Shown here piece by piece: positions 38,111-47,896 of a DNA stretch of 64,000 bases (position 1 is the stretch's first letter; every line of letters starts with the position of its first letter). This stretch comes from a virus (Duplodnaviria > Caudoviricetes), in IMG/VR virus record IMGVR_UViG_3300022555_000003, positions 96,001-160,000 of that record; one strand, 5' to 3'. Under the pieces are notes generated by a model that saw nothing but the letters and a program-made list of their open reading frames with translations, did not search any database and was not told the origin of the DNA. A program made the translations under genes and the position numbers.

Positions 38111-39646
38111 TTAAAGTCCTTTCCTTACGCGATCCCGAATAACATCAAATGTTGGATCAATTTTTAAATTGCTGTCAATGAACACTTGCTCATACGCACA
38201 ATTTCGAAATTCTTCTTCAGTAACATTCTGGAGAAGCTCATAAGTTGGATTGTCGTCTGTAGACAGTGTAGTTCTGTATACAGCAAGAAGTCCACGATGT
38301 GAAAACTTTCCGCCGGAGTCAGTAACGGGCTTCTTAAAGATTGGAATAATCTTGCCGTCTTTTTCAATTGCGGTCGCCTTCATCGCATTACCAAATGTAT
38401 CACGTGTTACATATTCATATGTATATGATCCAACGCCTAATACTTGATTATATGGAGACAATCCTTGTTTAACAATACCACCTAAAATATTGTCTGCGCG
38501 TTCTTCTGTAATTGCATCACCATAAATCAAACCGCCCTTGTTGATTAATGGAAGTCTTCCAGTTGGATTAGGCACTGTTCCTAGAGCCCTTCGTAAACAT
38601 TCCATGGCACCTAAATAAGCAGGATGTTCAAAAGATTTATATTGATGATTCATTCCTTTGTAATCATCATTGCCTAGAATAATTTTTTCAGGATCTCCTG
38701 AGTCAGGACGGATAACAAGCTTACCGTCACGTGCAATAATTCGTTCTTTCAACTTGCAAATAATATCTGTCAGTACACTCCAGAGATCCCATGTATCAGA
38801 CACAACTGATAAAATTCCTTTTGGATATACTTTGAACAATAAACGTTCAAATGTTTCTAGTTCTCCTTCTTCGCCGCCTGCACACATAACAGAGTGTTCA
38901 GTTGCATTAACAGATCCACCACAATTAAGATTTGCACGATAATATTTTACTGCAGAAAGGATTGCAGGAAGTGTATCTGTACCTGAGAATGAAAGCAAAT
39001 GGCCCATCCCAGATAAACATGCATCTTCTACACCAGACATTCCACGAAAGCTAAAATCGTGACATTGCCAATCTACAAAACCAAAATCTAATTCTCCTGC
39101 TGCCCTGGCATGCTTCATACAAATCTCTCTGTATCGGCGTGCCTTTGTTGCAGACGTTGATGGCTTCCAAAGAATTGATGACATCAAAGATTCAATATAG
39201 TTTGTGACCCATGCAAAATCTTTGTGAGTGTTAACTACAATAATAGGAGGAATATTTAGTGGAACTTGGAATCCTTCTGGTAGAGACCAAATTTCAACTG
39301 GAAGATATTGCAATTGATGTAGTGCCCTGATATGGGAAGATTCTGTGAGACCAATTGTAGCACCCATTACCATTTCGTATTCAGCAATAACTTCTTCTTC
39401 AGGACGAGAAAAGAAATGTTTGTTGAATGCTTCAATCAAATACTTTTTTGCAAAGTACGTGAAACCAAAATTAACTACTTTTGTTACACCTGGAATTCGT
39501 GTAGAACGCGGAGTCCAGTTGCTAAACACTCTTGTAATACCATCTGGGTATTGAAAGATGTGACCTGCCTTATAAAAATCAATTAAAAACATCGGATTTT
39601 CGATGTCAAGTGTAAGTAGTAATTTTTCTAAATCTGTCGTAATCAT
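38111..39646 (-). CDS. Nicotinamide phosphoribosyltransferase-like protein (Namat candidate)
   Basis: DFYK..H..QYP, HDFSFRG, FSGTDT, ATEHSVM, SVVSDTWD, VIRPDSGDP, IYGDAIT, RDTFG.AMKAT. Confidence 0.92.
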   Translation of the reverse strand: MITTDLEKLLLTLDIENPMFLIDFYKAGHIFQYPDGITRVFSNWTPRSTRIPGVTKVVNFGFTYFAKKYLIEAFNKHFFSRPEEEVIAEYEMVMGATIGLTESSHIRALHQLQYLPVEIWSLPEGFQVPLNIPPIIVVNTHKDFAWVTNYIESLMSSILWKPSTSATKARRYREICMKHARAAGELDFGFVDWQCHDFSFRGMSGVEDACLSGMGHLLSFSGTDTLPAILSAVKYYRANLNCGGSVNATEHSVMCAGGEEGELETFERLLFKVYPKGILSVVSDTWDLWSVLTDIICKLKERIIARDGKLVIRPDSGDPEKIILGNDDYKGMNHQYKSFEHPAYLGAMECLRRALGTVPNPTGRLPLINKGGLIYGDAITEERADNILGGIVKQGLSPYNQVLGVGSYTYEYVTRDTFGNAMKATAIEKDGKIIPIFKKPVTDSGGKFSHRGLLAVYRTTLSTDDNPTYELLQNVTEEEFRNCAYEQVFIDSNLKIDPTFDVIRDRVRKGL

Positions 39647-40275
39647 TTTTTCCTTAAATTATGTGACTAACAGTTACATATATTCGATAATACACGAACC
39701 CAAATACAAACAAAGTAATGCAAATAGCTATGATATAATCCATTATTTGTTGTGTCTTGATAAAATTTTACATAATATCAATGCTGAAATTATTTATTAG
39801 TATACCAAAAATATTTCCCATATTTTCCGTTACTCAATCGCTAAAATAGTGATTCCATACTATGGCGGCAACAAGAACAAAAATTACACCCATTAAAAAC
39901 ATCTCGCGTGGACTGAAATCAAACATACTTCTCCTTAGCTAATAATACTAATAATCCTATTAATCGAAAGTAATACCATTCCTACTGTAAACAAGTCGCT
40001 CATTTTAGCATCTTTTACAGGAAGCGACCAAATCTGGGATTCATAAATTGTAGAAACTCCAAACAAAAAAGTATCACAACTAATAGGACAAATCCGTATG
40101 CTATATATTTAGAATTCATCACTTAACCTTTTTGTATTCCTCATTAACAATATTCATAACAATCTTGTATACTTTATACAACACTGGAATCATGATTATA
40201 ATTGAAATTGTTGCGCCAATTGCAGCACCAAAGATCATATTTCTCAGTAGATTTTCCATAATTTATTATCCTTAG

Positions 40276-40300
40276 GGGCTGTTAAATTAACAGCCCCTTG
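40276..40300 (-). terminator. Terminator-like hairpin
   Basis: GGGGCTGTTAA-AT-TAACAGCCCC inverted repeat downstream of 40312. Confidence 0.6.
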
Positions 40301-40311
40301 GAACAAATTTA

Positions 40312-40932
40312 CTATACAGTTGGTTCAACTACAGCTGGAGCCTCAGCAACTGCCTGCTTCTTGCTGCGAGCAGCCATCGCCACATTCTTGTTGTCAAGTG
40401 CCACGCCGTTAATACCAAGCTCAGGATGATTGGTAAAATACGCAACAATCTCTGCCTTGGTCATCGGATTCGGAAGCTCAACAAGGTTAATGTCAGTGTG
40501 CTTGTCCTTCTCTAGAATCTTCACACGAGATACAAGATCGTTTGCGAACCGCATCTTCATTTCGCCCTTGCGCACACTGGATCCAGCAACAGTAAACGTC
40601 CGTTCATCTGTGTCTGTAACAACCTTCGGTGCCTTTACCTTCGGAACCTTTACAGCCTTGACCTTAACTTCCTTAACTGCCTTTACCTTCGGAACCTTTA
40701 CAGCCTTGACCTTAACTTCCTTAACTGCCTTTACCTTCGGAACCTTTACATCTGTAACAGTCTCCGGAACGCCAGCAGCCTTAACCTTCGCCTTAAGCTC
40801 AGCAAGCTTTTGGCTAACAATGTTTGCCTTACTCGGTGCCTTTACAACGGGCGTCTGTGCTACAACTTCAGGCATCGGATCTGCAATTGCAGCGAAAGCC
40901 ATCGTCATTTTCTTCAAGTTCATCTTCGACAT
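40312..40932 (-). CDS. Lys/Ala/Val-rich histone-like early protein
   Basis: KVPKVKAVKEVKVKAV repeats; early promoter upstream; raised GC. Confidence 0.55.
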   Translation of the reverse strand: MSKMNLKKMTMAFAAIADPMPEVVAQTPVVKAPSKANIVSQKLAELKAKVKAAGVPETVTDVKVPKVKAVKEVKVKAVKVPKVKAVKEVKVKAVKVPKVKAPKVVTDTDERTFTVAGSSVRKGEMKMRFANDLVSRVKILEKDKHTDINLVELPNPMTKAEIVAYFTNHPELGINGVALDNKNVAMAARSKKQAVAEAPAVVEPTV

Positions 40933-41201
40933 AGTGTATTTTTATTTTCCTTTTTGTGTATTCTACTACTCTTTAAGTATAGCAAATCTAATTCAATTTG
41001 TCTACCAATTCCATAAATTTATTTCTGTTGTGTCAACTCGTGTTCCTGTAATTTCCATCACTTCAACATTATTGCAATCAACTTTGTTCTTCCATGCCCA
41101 ATCACCAATTGCTGACAAGCACGAAAAAAGCTTAATTTGCTGTTCTCCTTGCTGTGGATCGTACATTACTAGATATCGTTTAATCATTGTATTGTTTACT
41201 C

Positions 41202-41463
41202 TTTAATTATAGCAGTTTGAATGAGCTGATGTCAACCAATATCTTCTTTGTTTTCACCAAATTTGTACATTCCATATTCTGATAATTGATCCCAAGTGGT
41301 AATATCACCGTTTTCGATCAAACATATAAGGCAATCGAATTCGCGTTGGGAACTTCGGGTCTTTTCAAAATATTCAATTCGATATTGATAACAAAAATCA
41401 ACAAGCTCGTCTTCAGTTGGATTCATATTTTAATTATAGCAGTTTGAATGAGCTGATGTCAAC
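41202..41463 (-). repeat. Two identical 35-bp early promoters flanking ORF 41232-41426
   Basis: tttaattatagcagtttgaatgagctgatgtcaac at 41202-41236 and 41429-41463. Confidence 0.85.
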
Positions 41464-41726
41464 ATTATATCTTCTTTGTTTTCACAGAGTTCACACATGA
41501 TAAATCCTGCATTTCAACATATCCATCTACTTTTATTGACGGATTTGTAATGCATGTCAACCACACATGATTGGCATCATCTGAATGGGTATGATCAATA
41601 ACAAAGAGGTGTCCTTTGTACGCATCATAATATGGAGCAAATGCGGGACCAAATACATGTGATTTAAATTTATATTTCATTACTCTTTAAGTATAGCAGT
41701 TTGAGCAACAAAATGTCAACCAAAAC

Positions 41727-41841
41727 AAAACGTCGTTTAAGCAATTTTTAGAGCAGATCTAGTGCTATGACCCCAACTCGCCCCTAATAATGCGTTGTAC
41801 GACGTTTTACTTAGATTTACGTGTTGAAAACAAAAGACTTA
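41727..41841 (-). repeat. 115-bp palindromic element, copy 2 (promoter at 41681-41720)
   Basis: Same arms and the same 33+82 geometry. Confidence 0.9.
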
Positions 41842-41850
41842 TGCCAGCAA

Positions 41851-42213
41851 TTAATACTCTTCAACAGTTATCTTCCCAGTTTTCAAATCGTCTTCGATCA
41901 TTTTGTCAACCCGCAGTTTGATTTCGTCAACCGTTTCTGGAATCTTTTTATTCATCAATTTTGCGCACTCTAATTTATGCCAGGCTTTGAATTCTTTTGT
42001 TTCAGCTAGGTGTTTCAATGCATCCTGTCGATTTTTTGTATTGCTACGATGTTCTCGACCTTCTCCAACTGCACCAGATTTAGAATGGATTAATCTCACT
42101 CCACTGTTTGAGGTGTCCTTGCCTCCGCCGCCACAACCACCAACTGAAAATGTTTGCATTTCCAAATCCTTCATGGTGATTGAAAATAATAATCGTTTTG
42201 TTTTAGTACTCAT
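41851..42213 (-). CDS. Peptide-chain-release-factor-like (RF-1 domain 3) protein with GGG instead of GGQ
   Basis: FSVGGCGGGGKDTSNSGVRLIH..SG......R...N+..AL aligns with the RF motif [22 protein letters not shown]. Confidence 0.8.
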   Translation of the reverse strand: MSTKTKRLLFSITMKDLEMQTFSVGGCGGGGKDTSNSGVRLIHSKSGAVGEGREHRSNTKNRQDALKHLAETKEFKAWHKLECAKLMNKKIPETVDEIKLRVDKMIEDDLKTGKITVEEY

Positions 42214-42622
42214 AAAATTTAAGTCCTCTTAATGCCAAATATACTAATTGTCCTTGATCTAACTTGGTCGATTCGTCAACTATTGTCCATTCATTTATTA
42301 CAACGTCTTCGAGATTTGAATCTGTGAAATCAGCTCCACGCAAATCGGCGCCACACAAATTAGCACCAGTTAAATTTGCATTTCGTATATATGAATAACT
42401 TAAATCCGAATAACTTAAATTTGAGTTATTAAAACTTGTTCCATGTAAATCTGAAGTAGATAAATCTGATTCACTTAAATTTGTATATCCAAAATCTGAT
42501 CCATACATATTTAAATTAGATAACTTTGCACGAGGCAAAATCAAATTACGCAAGTCTTCTTCAACTAGATTATTGCCTCGAGTTGTATGTAATAATGTAC
42601 CACTTTTTGATTTAATCTTCAT
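42203..42622 (-). CDS. Pentapeptide-repeat protein 9
   Basis: MKIKSKSG ... STKLDQGQLVYLALRGLKFYEY. Confidence 0.9.
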   Translation of the reverse strand: MKIKSKSGTLLHTTRGNNLVEEDLRNLILPRAKLSNLNMYGSDFGYTNLSESDLSTSDLHGTSFNNSNLSYSDLSYSYIRNANLTGANLCGADLRGADFTDSNLEDVVINEWTIVDESTKLDQGQLVYLALRGLKFYEY

Positions 42623-42839
42623 ACAAATCTTTAAGATATTTTAAAACCCATATCAAAAATTGTTCTTCTGTTAAGATAAAATACCATTCAATTTCAACAA
42701 AATCTGTATATGGAAAACACTCAACATCAAATGTTTTCTTAATCCATTTTTTAGCATCATTGAAATATTTTTTTAATAGTAGGCCGAAGTAATATTGCTG
42801 TATTTTTATCAGTTGATGTGATAATATAATTACCATCAA
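42612..42839 (-). CDS. Hypothetical protein, distant Trp-rich family-like
   Basis: AKKWIKK...EEQFLIWVLKY; ends YED* overlapping the MKI start. Confidence 0.5.
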   Translation of the reverse strand: MMVIILSHQLIKIQQYYFGLLLKKYFNDAKKWIKKTFDVECFPYTDFVEIEWYFILTEEQFLIWVLKYLKDLYED

Positions 42840-43053
42840 TTAATTTACCATATATCCAAATTTTGGTAATTTTTACATCTGTTGGATTATGTGGAAGCAT
42901 TTTTTAAAAGATCAACAGGAACATCACAAATCCACGATTTTCCACTACTCAAACTATAAAATGAAACTGGTTTATTCTTTAAACAATAATCGCAAGTAAA
43001 CTTGCCTACTTCGCATTTGCATTCAATACTTGGTGACATTTCATTCTCCTAAT

Positions 43054-43449
43054 CTACAATCTAGCAAGCCCTTCTTCTGAACTGTATATAACTTTCTTAA
43101 TGCCAAATTCCAATATAGCACGTTGACATCCACTACATGGCTTCGCCATTCCCCAACCAGTATCTTTTACTCTGCAAACATAGAGAGACGATTTTTTGAG
43201 TTGTGACAAACTCAGATGCCTCATAGCATTTTTTATTGCAGAAATTTCTGCATGTAGATGAATTTTATGTTCGTCAGCTGCATACTTTTTTTGGAATGGC
43301 GAAGTTTTATAGGAAGGAACGCCATATGAAACTATTCGATTTTTATATACAATAATTGCAGCCAGTCTATAATTTGCAACTTTTTCAGACGCTATAGCGA
43401 CTTCTGTCAAATTATTAAACATACGTTTCATTCGCGTATCTGTATCCAT
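43054..43449 (-). CDS. Cytidine/deoxycytidylate deaminase-family protein
   Basis: HLHAE and KPCSGC zinc motifs. Confidence 0.85.
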   Translation of the reverse strand: MDTDTRMKRMFNNLTEVAIASEKVANYRLAAIIVYKNRIVSYGVPSYKTSPFQKKYAADEHKIHLHAEISAIKNAMRHLSLSQLKKSSLYVCRVKDTGWGMAKPCSGCQRAILEFGIKKVIYSSEEGLARL

Positions 43450-44346
43450 AACTAATTATAGCAGAAATTAAATTTGGTTGTCAATATTGATTTTAGTCGG
43501 ACACTTGCAACGTTTGGTTTGGTCTACTCCAACTGAAATTTTAACTTGGTCAACTACAAATTTTCCAATTTCTAATTTGATATTTTTAGCAATTTCTTCT
43601 TTAATCAAATCTTCAAAAGTTGTTCTGGTATATCGTTTCGCATTCCACGCTTCTTGTACCTTGCTTGCAACATAATGTTCAAACGAAAAACCTTTTAGAT
43701 ATTCATCAAACTTTTCTTTAACTACTTCCTTAAAAATAGATGTAATGTAATCTTTATCAATATGAAGATCATTAAACATTACGTTTCTTACTGCTTTGTG
43801 AATTTCTTTTCTTGAACTTTCTTCTTTGTTCATAATTAACTTTACCGTTGCTGTAATAACCTTACCATCAAAATATGTTCTAATTCTCTACCAAATTCTT
43901 CTTGCTGGGTCACAAATAGTTTATTGTTATATCTATCAGTTTTTGTATCGTATTCAGTTAACTCAATAACTATACCACCAGAAGCAATATACACATCAAA
44001 TGTGAATCCATCTGATCGAATCATTTCTCGTGATTTATTTGGATTCGAATTTGAATCTATATAACAATCGTCGCCATCAGATAATACCCATCTACAAAAT
44101 CTATGTAATAATTTTTTTATAATAATGAACTAGCTATACTAAAAATATCATATCAAAAACAATTAGCAACCCGCAATAAACAATTAGCAACAAATTCAGT
44201 GATATTATTCTAGTGTGACAATAAGAACAACTAAACACCATTTACATATCACCTAGTTTTTCTGTCTAATGACAGAGCCATGAGTATTGGATGATAATCA
44301 ATCTTTAGTATAGTCTAGTTTTGTGACAAACTACATCACAAAATCG

Positions 44347-44943
44347 TTAAACGATTCCTTCTCCTTCTAGAGTTTCCCAATCTGTACTTAAAATATCAAT
44401 CTCTAAATTTGTATTCAAAAACAATAATGCATCAGACAGCTTATTGATACTTCGCTTTAGTGAAATAACACTTTGTTTTAGTATTACCTTAAATGTTGGA
44501 GTCATTAAGGATAATGTTAAATTTTCTGTACCATAATCTACATACGTAGCAGATTTTCTCTTATCTACATTTGCAAGATATATACTTGACCATTCTAAAT
44601 CTTCTGGTGTAGTATTTTCAGATGCTAATAGCTTGGTAAAAATTAATAATTGTGCTTTAGCAGCATTGATGTCTGACAATACTTGATTTATAGAACAAGT
44701 ATTTGAATTCATCTTAACTGAATTGGCCATTCCAATATCTTGCCTGATGCTATGTAAGATTCTAGTAAGACTAATTATTCGCTCTACACTTGCTTCAAAT
44801 TTGCCAATTTCTGTGTTCTTAATAGCAACTGGATCCGCAACCTGGTTTGACACAATACGCTTTTCTGAATCAATATTGATTCTTGAAATTTCAGTTTGAA
44901 TATCGCCTGCAATTTTTGCAGCACGACGTAAATTAATCTTCAT
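44347..44943 (-). CDS. Hypothetical helical protein
   Basis: 198 aa, GAGGA SD. Confidence 0.5.
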   Translation of the reverse strand: MKINLRRAAKIAGDIQTEISRINIDSEKRIVSNQVADPVAIKNTEIGKFEASVERIISLTRILHSIRQDIGMANSVKMNSNTCSINQVLSDINAAKAQLLIFTKLLASENTTPEDLEWSSIYLANVDKRKSATYVDYGTENLTLSLMTPTFKVILKQSVISLKRSINKLSDALLFLNTNLEIDILSTDWETLEGEGIV

Positions 44944-45029
44944 ATTTTTATCCTCTTATCTTTTAGCAGCAAATGACAACGTAGAAATAAATAGCAAACA
45001 AAACGCAAATCCCGAAAAAAATGTTAACA

Positions 45030-45584
45030 TTAAATTTCCCCTAGTCCTGGACAGTCAATCATTACATCACTTAACAGTTGTGGTGTATAATTCATTACTT
45101 CAACTGAGCAATTTCTATACCACTTATTATCTTTACCAATCCAACCTTGTTCTCTATCATGAACATGTCCATATAAGCACATATCATATTTAACATTTGG
45201 CGCACCACATGAATATGCACTTCGATAAATTGGATTGTGAATCAATAAAATATTCAAATGCTCAATTTGCAAAACCAAATATTTTTGAACACTTGCAAAA
45301 TTAAATGTTCTACTAGTTACTGGCTTGTCATGATTTCCTTTAATTAAATGAATAATCCCATTCAACCTTCCATTTATGTTTGACACATCACCAAATCCAA
45401 AATCACCAATTACATAAACAGTATCATCATTTGATACAACAGAATTCCAATTTGCAATCAATATTTCCTTCATATGATCTGCATCAACGAAAGGTCGATT
45501 GCAATACTTAATTATATTGCTATGATTAAAATGTAGATCAGAAATAACAAAAATCATACAGCAATCCAAGAAGTAGCAATACAA
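45030..45584 (-). CDS. Calcineurin-like phosphoesterase
   Basis: ISDLHFNH, VIGDF, KGNHD, LYGHVH, NCSVE. Confidence 0.88.
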   Translation of the reverse strand: MYCYFLDCCMIFVISDLHFNHSNIIKYCNRPFVDADHMKEILIANWNSVVSNDDTVYVIGDFGFGDVSNINGRLNGIIHLIKGNHDKPVTSRTFNFASVQKYLVLQIEHLNILLIHNPIYRSAYSCGAPNVKYDMCLYGHVHDREQGWIGKDNKWYRNCSVEVMNYTPQLLSDVMIDCPGLGEI

Positions 45585-45892
45585 TTAAATAAAACAACCC
45601 GTTTAAATTTAAAACCCATTGGCCTCCGAATCAACGTTTTACTAGTTATAGCCCACTTTGGTAAAATTTTACATTCATTTGAAAAATAATAATCAATAGA
45701 TTTTTCAAGATACTCGTTTGCAGTTTCATTAGAGTCAGTAATCTTTTCTAATGTTTTAAAATTATATCCTGGAAGAACAGTCAATATCGAAGTTAATCCA
45801 TCTAGTGTTTCGAAATGAATATCAGTAACCCAATCGTCAACTTCAATGTATTCTAATCGTATAATATAATTCATCATAATTTAAAATCTTAG

Positions 45893-45946
45893 TCCCAGCT
45901 TCTGGACTCGAACCAGCTTCAAGGCAATAATCTGTTGCGACCGGGA
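45893..45946 (-). ncRNA. Truncated tRNA-like element lacking a D-arm
   Basis: TCCCGGT/GCTGGGA acceptor-like stem, CTGG-TTCGAGT-CCAG T-arm, small GCAA-CAGATTA-TTGC hairpin. Confidence 0.4.
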
Positions 45947-46406
45947 AATACTACTTTTCACCAATATATCTTAACGTAAATGCATGTCCATCTTTAACAA
46001 TTTTCCATTTACCAGTTATTTCGCCTTTGTTAATAACAACCAAATTAGACATATTAAAAAATTCTCTGTATAACATAAAATATGCCGATCCAGTTTCTTT
46101 ATTTTTTAGAATAAACCCTTCGATGCCATAACTATAATTAATGCGATTTGAAATAATCAGTGTAGCAGTAATTTCATAAGTTTTATGGAAGTCATAAAAT
46201 TCTGGATAGTCTTTAGAACTTCCAAGAGATTTACTTGCTGGAACTGACCCGCCACTTCTAAAGAGTTTATTGACGTAATAATTTAATTTACTCTTTGGGT
46301 CCATTAAATCAAACAAGAAATCATTTTTAAGTACAGGTATTAAATCTTTTGCCATAATTACTATTTAAGTATAACAGGTTTCCTATCTAGTTGTCAAATA
46401 CTGTTG

Positions 46407-46480
46407 GGAGCATAATTGGGTTCGAACCAATGACCTTCGGTTTCACAGGCCGACGTTCTTCCAACTGAACTATATGCTCC
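46407..46480 (-). tRNA. tRNA-His(GTG)
   Basis: Cloverleaf with encoded G-1 and C73. Confidence 0.9.
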
Positions 46481-46696
46481 GTAATAAAATTTCTTCATTC
46501 AAAATATTGTGAGAATGAAGATTAAAAGCAGCATCACTAGCATCTTCTCCACTTTCGAAATATTTTTCAATATCAGAATTATATCTAGTCATCAACTCAT
46601 TTCGAAGTTGTGGAGGAAGTTTCCAATAATCTTCAAGCAAATTATCAATTTCTTCCCAATATCGAACTCTATTAGCAATACTCATTTAATATATAG

Positions 46697-46770
46697 TAGG
46701 CCTAAATGGATTTGAACCATTGATCCCTGCCTTATCAAGACAGTGCTTTAACCAACTAAGCTATAGACCT
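46697..46770 (-). tRNA. tRNA-Ile(GAT)
   Basis: CTGTC-TTGATAA-GGCAG anticodon arm. Confidence 0.9.
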
Positions 46771-46781
46771 AAAATTTTTTG

Positions 46782-46856
46782 CCTTCGGGGATGGATTCGA
46801 ACCACCGACGCCAGCTGTTTCAAAGCTGCGCTCTACCAAACTGAGCTACCTCGAAG
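46782..46856 (-). tRNA. tRNA-Phe(GAA)
   Basis: CAGCT-TTGAAAC-AGCTG. Confidence 0.88.
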
Positions 46857-46867
46857 AAAACTTATAG

Positions 46868-46941
46868 TCCTGGGAGATTGATTTGAACAATCGACTTCTA
46901 TCTTATGAGGATAGCACTCTACCAAGCTGAGCTATCCCAGG
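46868..46941 (-). tRNA. tRNA-Met/Ile2(CAT)
   Basis: CTATC-CTCATAA-GATAG; Met versus lysidine-Ile cannot be resolved by eye. Confidence 0.88.
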
Positions 46942-46949
46942 AAAAATTG

Positions 46950-47039
46950 TGGTGATAGGTTAGAGATTCGAACTCTAAAGGGCCCTAAGGACCGCTAGTT
47001 TTACAGACTAGTGCGACCAACCGTATTCGCGTACCTATC
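46950..47039 (-). tRNA. tRNA-Tyr(GTA)
   Basis: CTAGT-CTGTAAA-ACTAG, long variable arm, CCA encoded. Confidence 0.92.
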
Positions 47040-47044
47040 AAAAC

Positions 47045-47120
47045 TGGAGCCGGAGAAAGGACTTGAACCTTCAATATCCGCATTACAGGTGCGGCGCTTC
47101 GCCAATTAAGCTACCCCGGC
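47045..47120 (-). tRNA. tRNA-Thr(TGT)
   Basis: CCGCA-CCTGTAA-TGCGG (C33), CCA encoded. Confidence 0.88.
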
Positions 47121-47243
47121 AAAAACTTTATATTAATCTTTTAACATATAATTATATTTCAACTACATACAATATAAAAATTATACGAATTTCTCATAAA
47201 GAATATCTTTCAAAAGAAAAATTACCGATTATAATATCTAATC

Positions 47244-47331
47244 TGGAGCGGCATACGTGAATTGAACACGTTTTTAATCTTTTCAGAAGCTGGGGTGGAA
47301 ACCCAGTGATCACCCAATGACCCAATGCCGC
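47244..47331 (-). tRNA. tRNA-Gly(TCC) with an 18-nt variable region
   Basis: GCGGCAT/ATGCCGC, T73, CCA; CTGGG-TTTCCAC-CCCAG. Confidence 0.8.
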
Positions 47332-47339
47332 TCAAATTT

Positions 47340-47413
47340 TGGCGGGACCGGAGAGAATCAAACTCTCGACTTATGGGAGACAACCAAATGGTTTATCACT
47401 AACCTACGGTCCC
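47340..47413 (-). tRNA. tRNA-Asp(GTC)
   Basis: GGGACCG/CGGTCCC, G73, CCA; loop TTGTCTC. Confidence 0.82.
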
Positions 47414-47424
47414 AAACTTATTAC

Positions 47425-47700
47425 TTATTTATTAAATCCGTTTAACTGCTTATACTTTTCTAACAATATCAATACATCTTCTTTAGTTTGATTAGCACAT
47501 GCTAAATCAACTAAATGTTGAATAATTTTTACAGCACCTATATGACTTAAATCATATTCTTGAACTGCATCAACATATTCCCAATCTGAAGAACCTGCAG
47601 CATCTAGCTGGCTATGTTTAACTCTAACTTTAGCTGAAACTGTCATAACTTCTAAGTCAGAATTTCCCATTACATCACATACTCTTTTAATAATCTGCAT
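47425..47700 (-). CDS. Hypothetical protein within the tRNA cluster
   Basis: ATG 47700 avoids overlap with tRNA-Trp. Confidence 0.5.
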   Translation of the reverse strand: MQIIKRVCDVMGNSDLEVMTVSAKVRVKHSQLDAAGSSDWEYVDAVQEYDLSHIGAVKIIQHLVDLACANQTKEDVLILLEKYKQLNGFNK

Positions 47701-47706
47701 ATACTT

Positions 47707-47794
47707 TGGCACCCCCTGTCAGATTCGAACTGACTTGATTTTTACATCACTGGGTTTGGAGTCCAGCGCGGCACACCATCTCCGCCGAAAGGGC
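47707..47794 (-). tRNA. tRNA-Trp(CCA) with long variable arm
   Basis: CTGGA-CTCCAAA-CCCAG; variable hairpin TGAT-GTAAAA-ATCA; G73, CCA. Confidence 0.8.
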
Positions 47795-47809
47795 GATAAT
47801 AAACTTTAG

Positions 47810-47882
47810 CTCTCGGAGCAGGACTCGAACCTGAAACATCCTGGTTAACAGCCAGGCGCTCTACCAATTGAGCTATCCGAGA
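47810..47882 (-). tRNA. tRNA-Asn(GTT)
   Basis: CCTGG-CTGTTAA-CCAGG. Confidence 0.92.
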
Positions 47883-47896
47883 ATAGCAAACTTTAA

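Noticed and set aside
37103-41206. Plus-strand ORFs opposite the Prs-like, Nampt-like and Lys-rich genes (e.g. 40430-41206)
   Set aside because: Shadow frames of the minus-strand genes; no independent motifs or start signals
44318-44344. TGTGA...TCACA palindrome as a CRP site
   Set aside because: The spacer is 9 nt rather than 6; more likely a hairpin at the end of ORF 44347
47707-47794. Calling the long-arm CCA tRNA a selC (tRNA-Sec)
   Set aside because: The anticodon is CCA not TCA, and the acceptor/T stems are 7/5 with a 4-bp D-stem rather than the 8/5 and 6-bp Sec geometry
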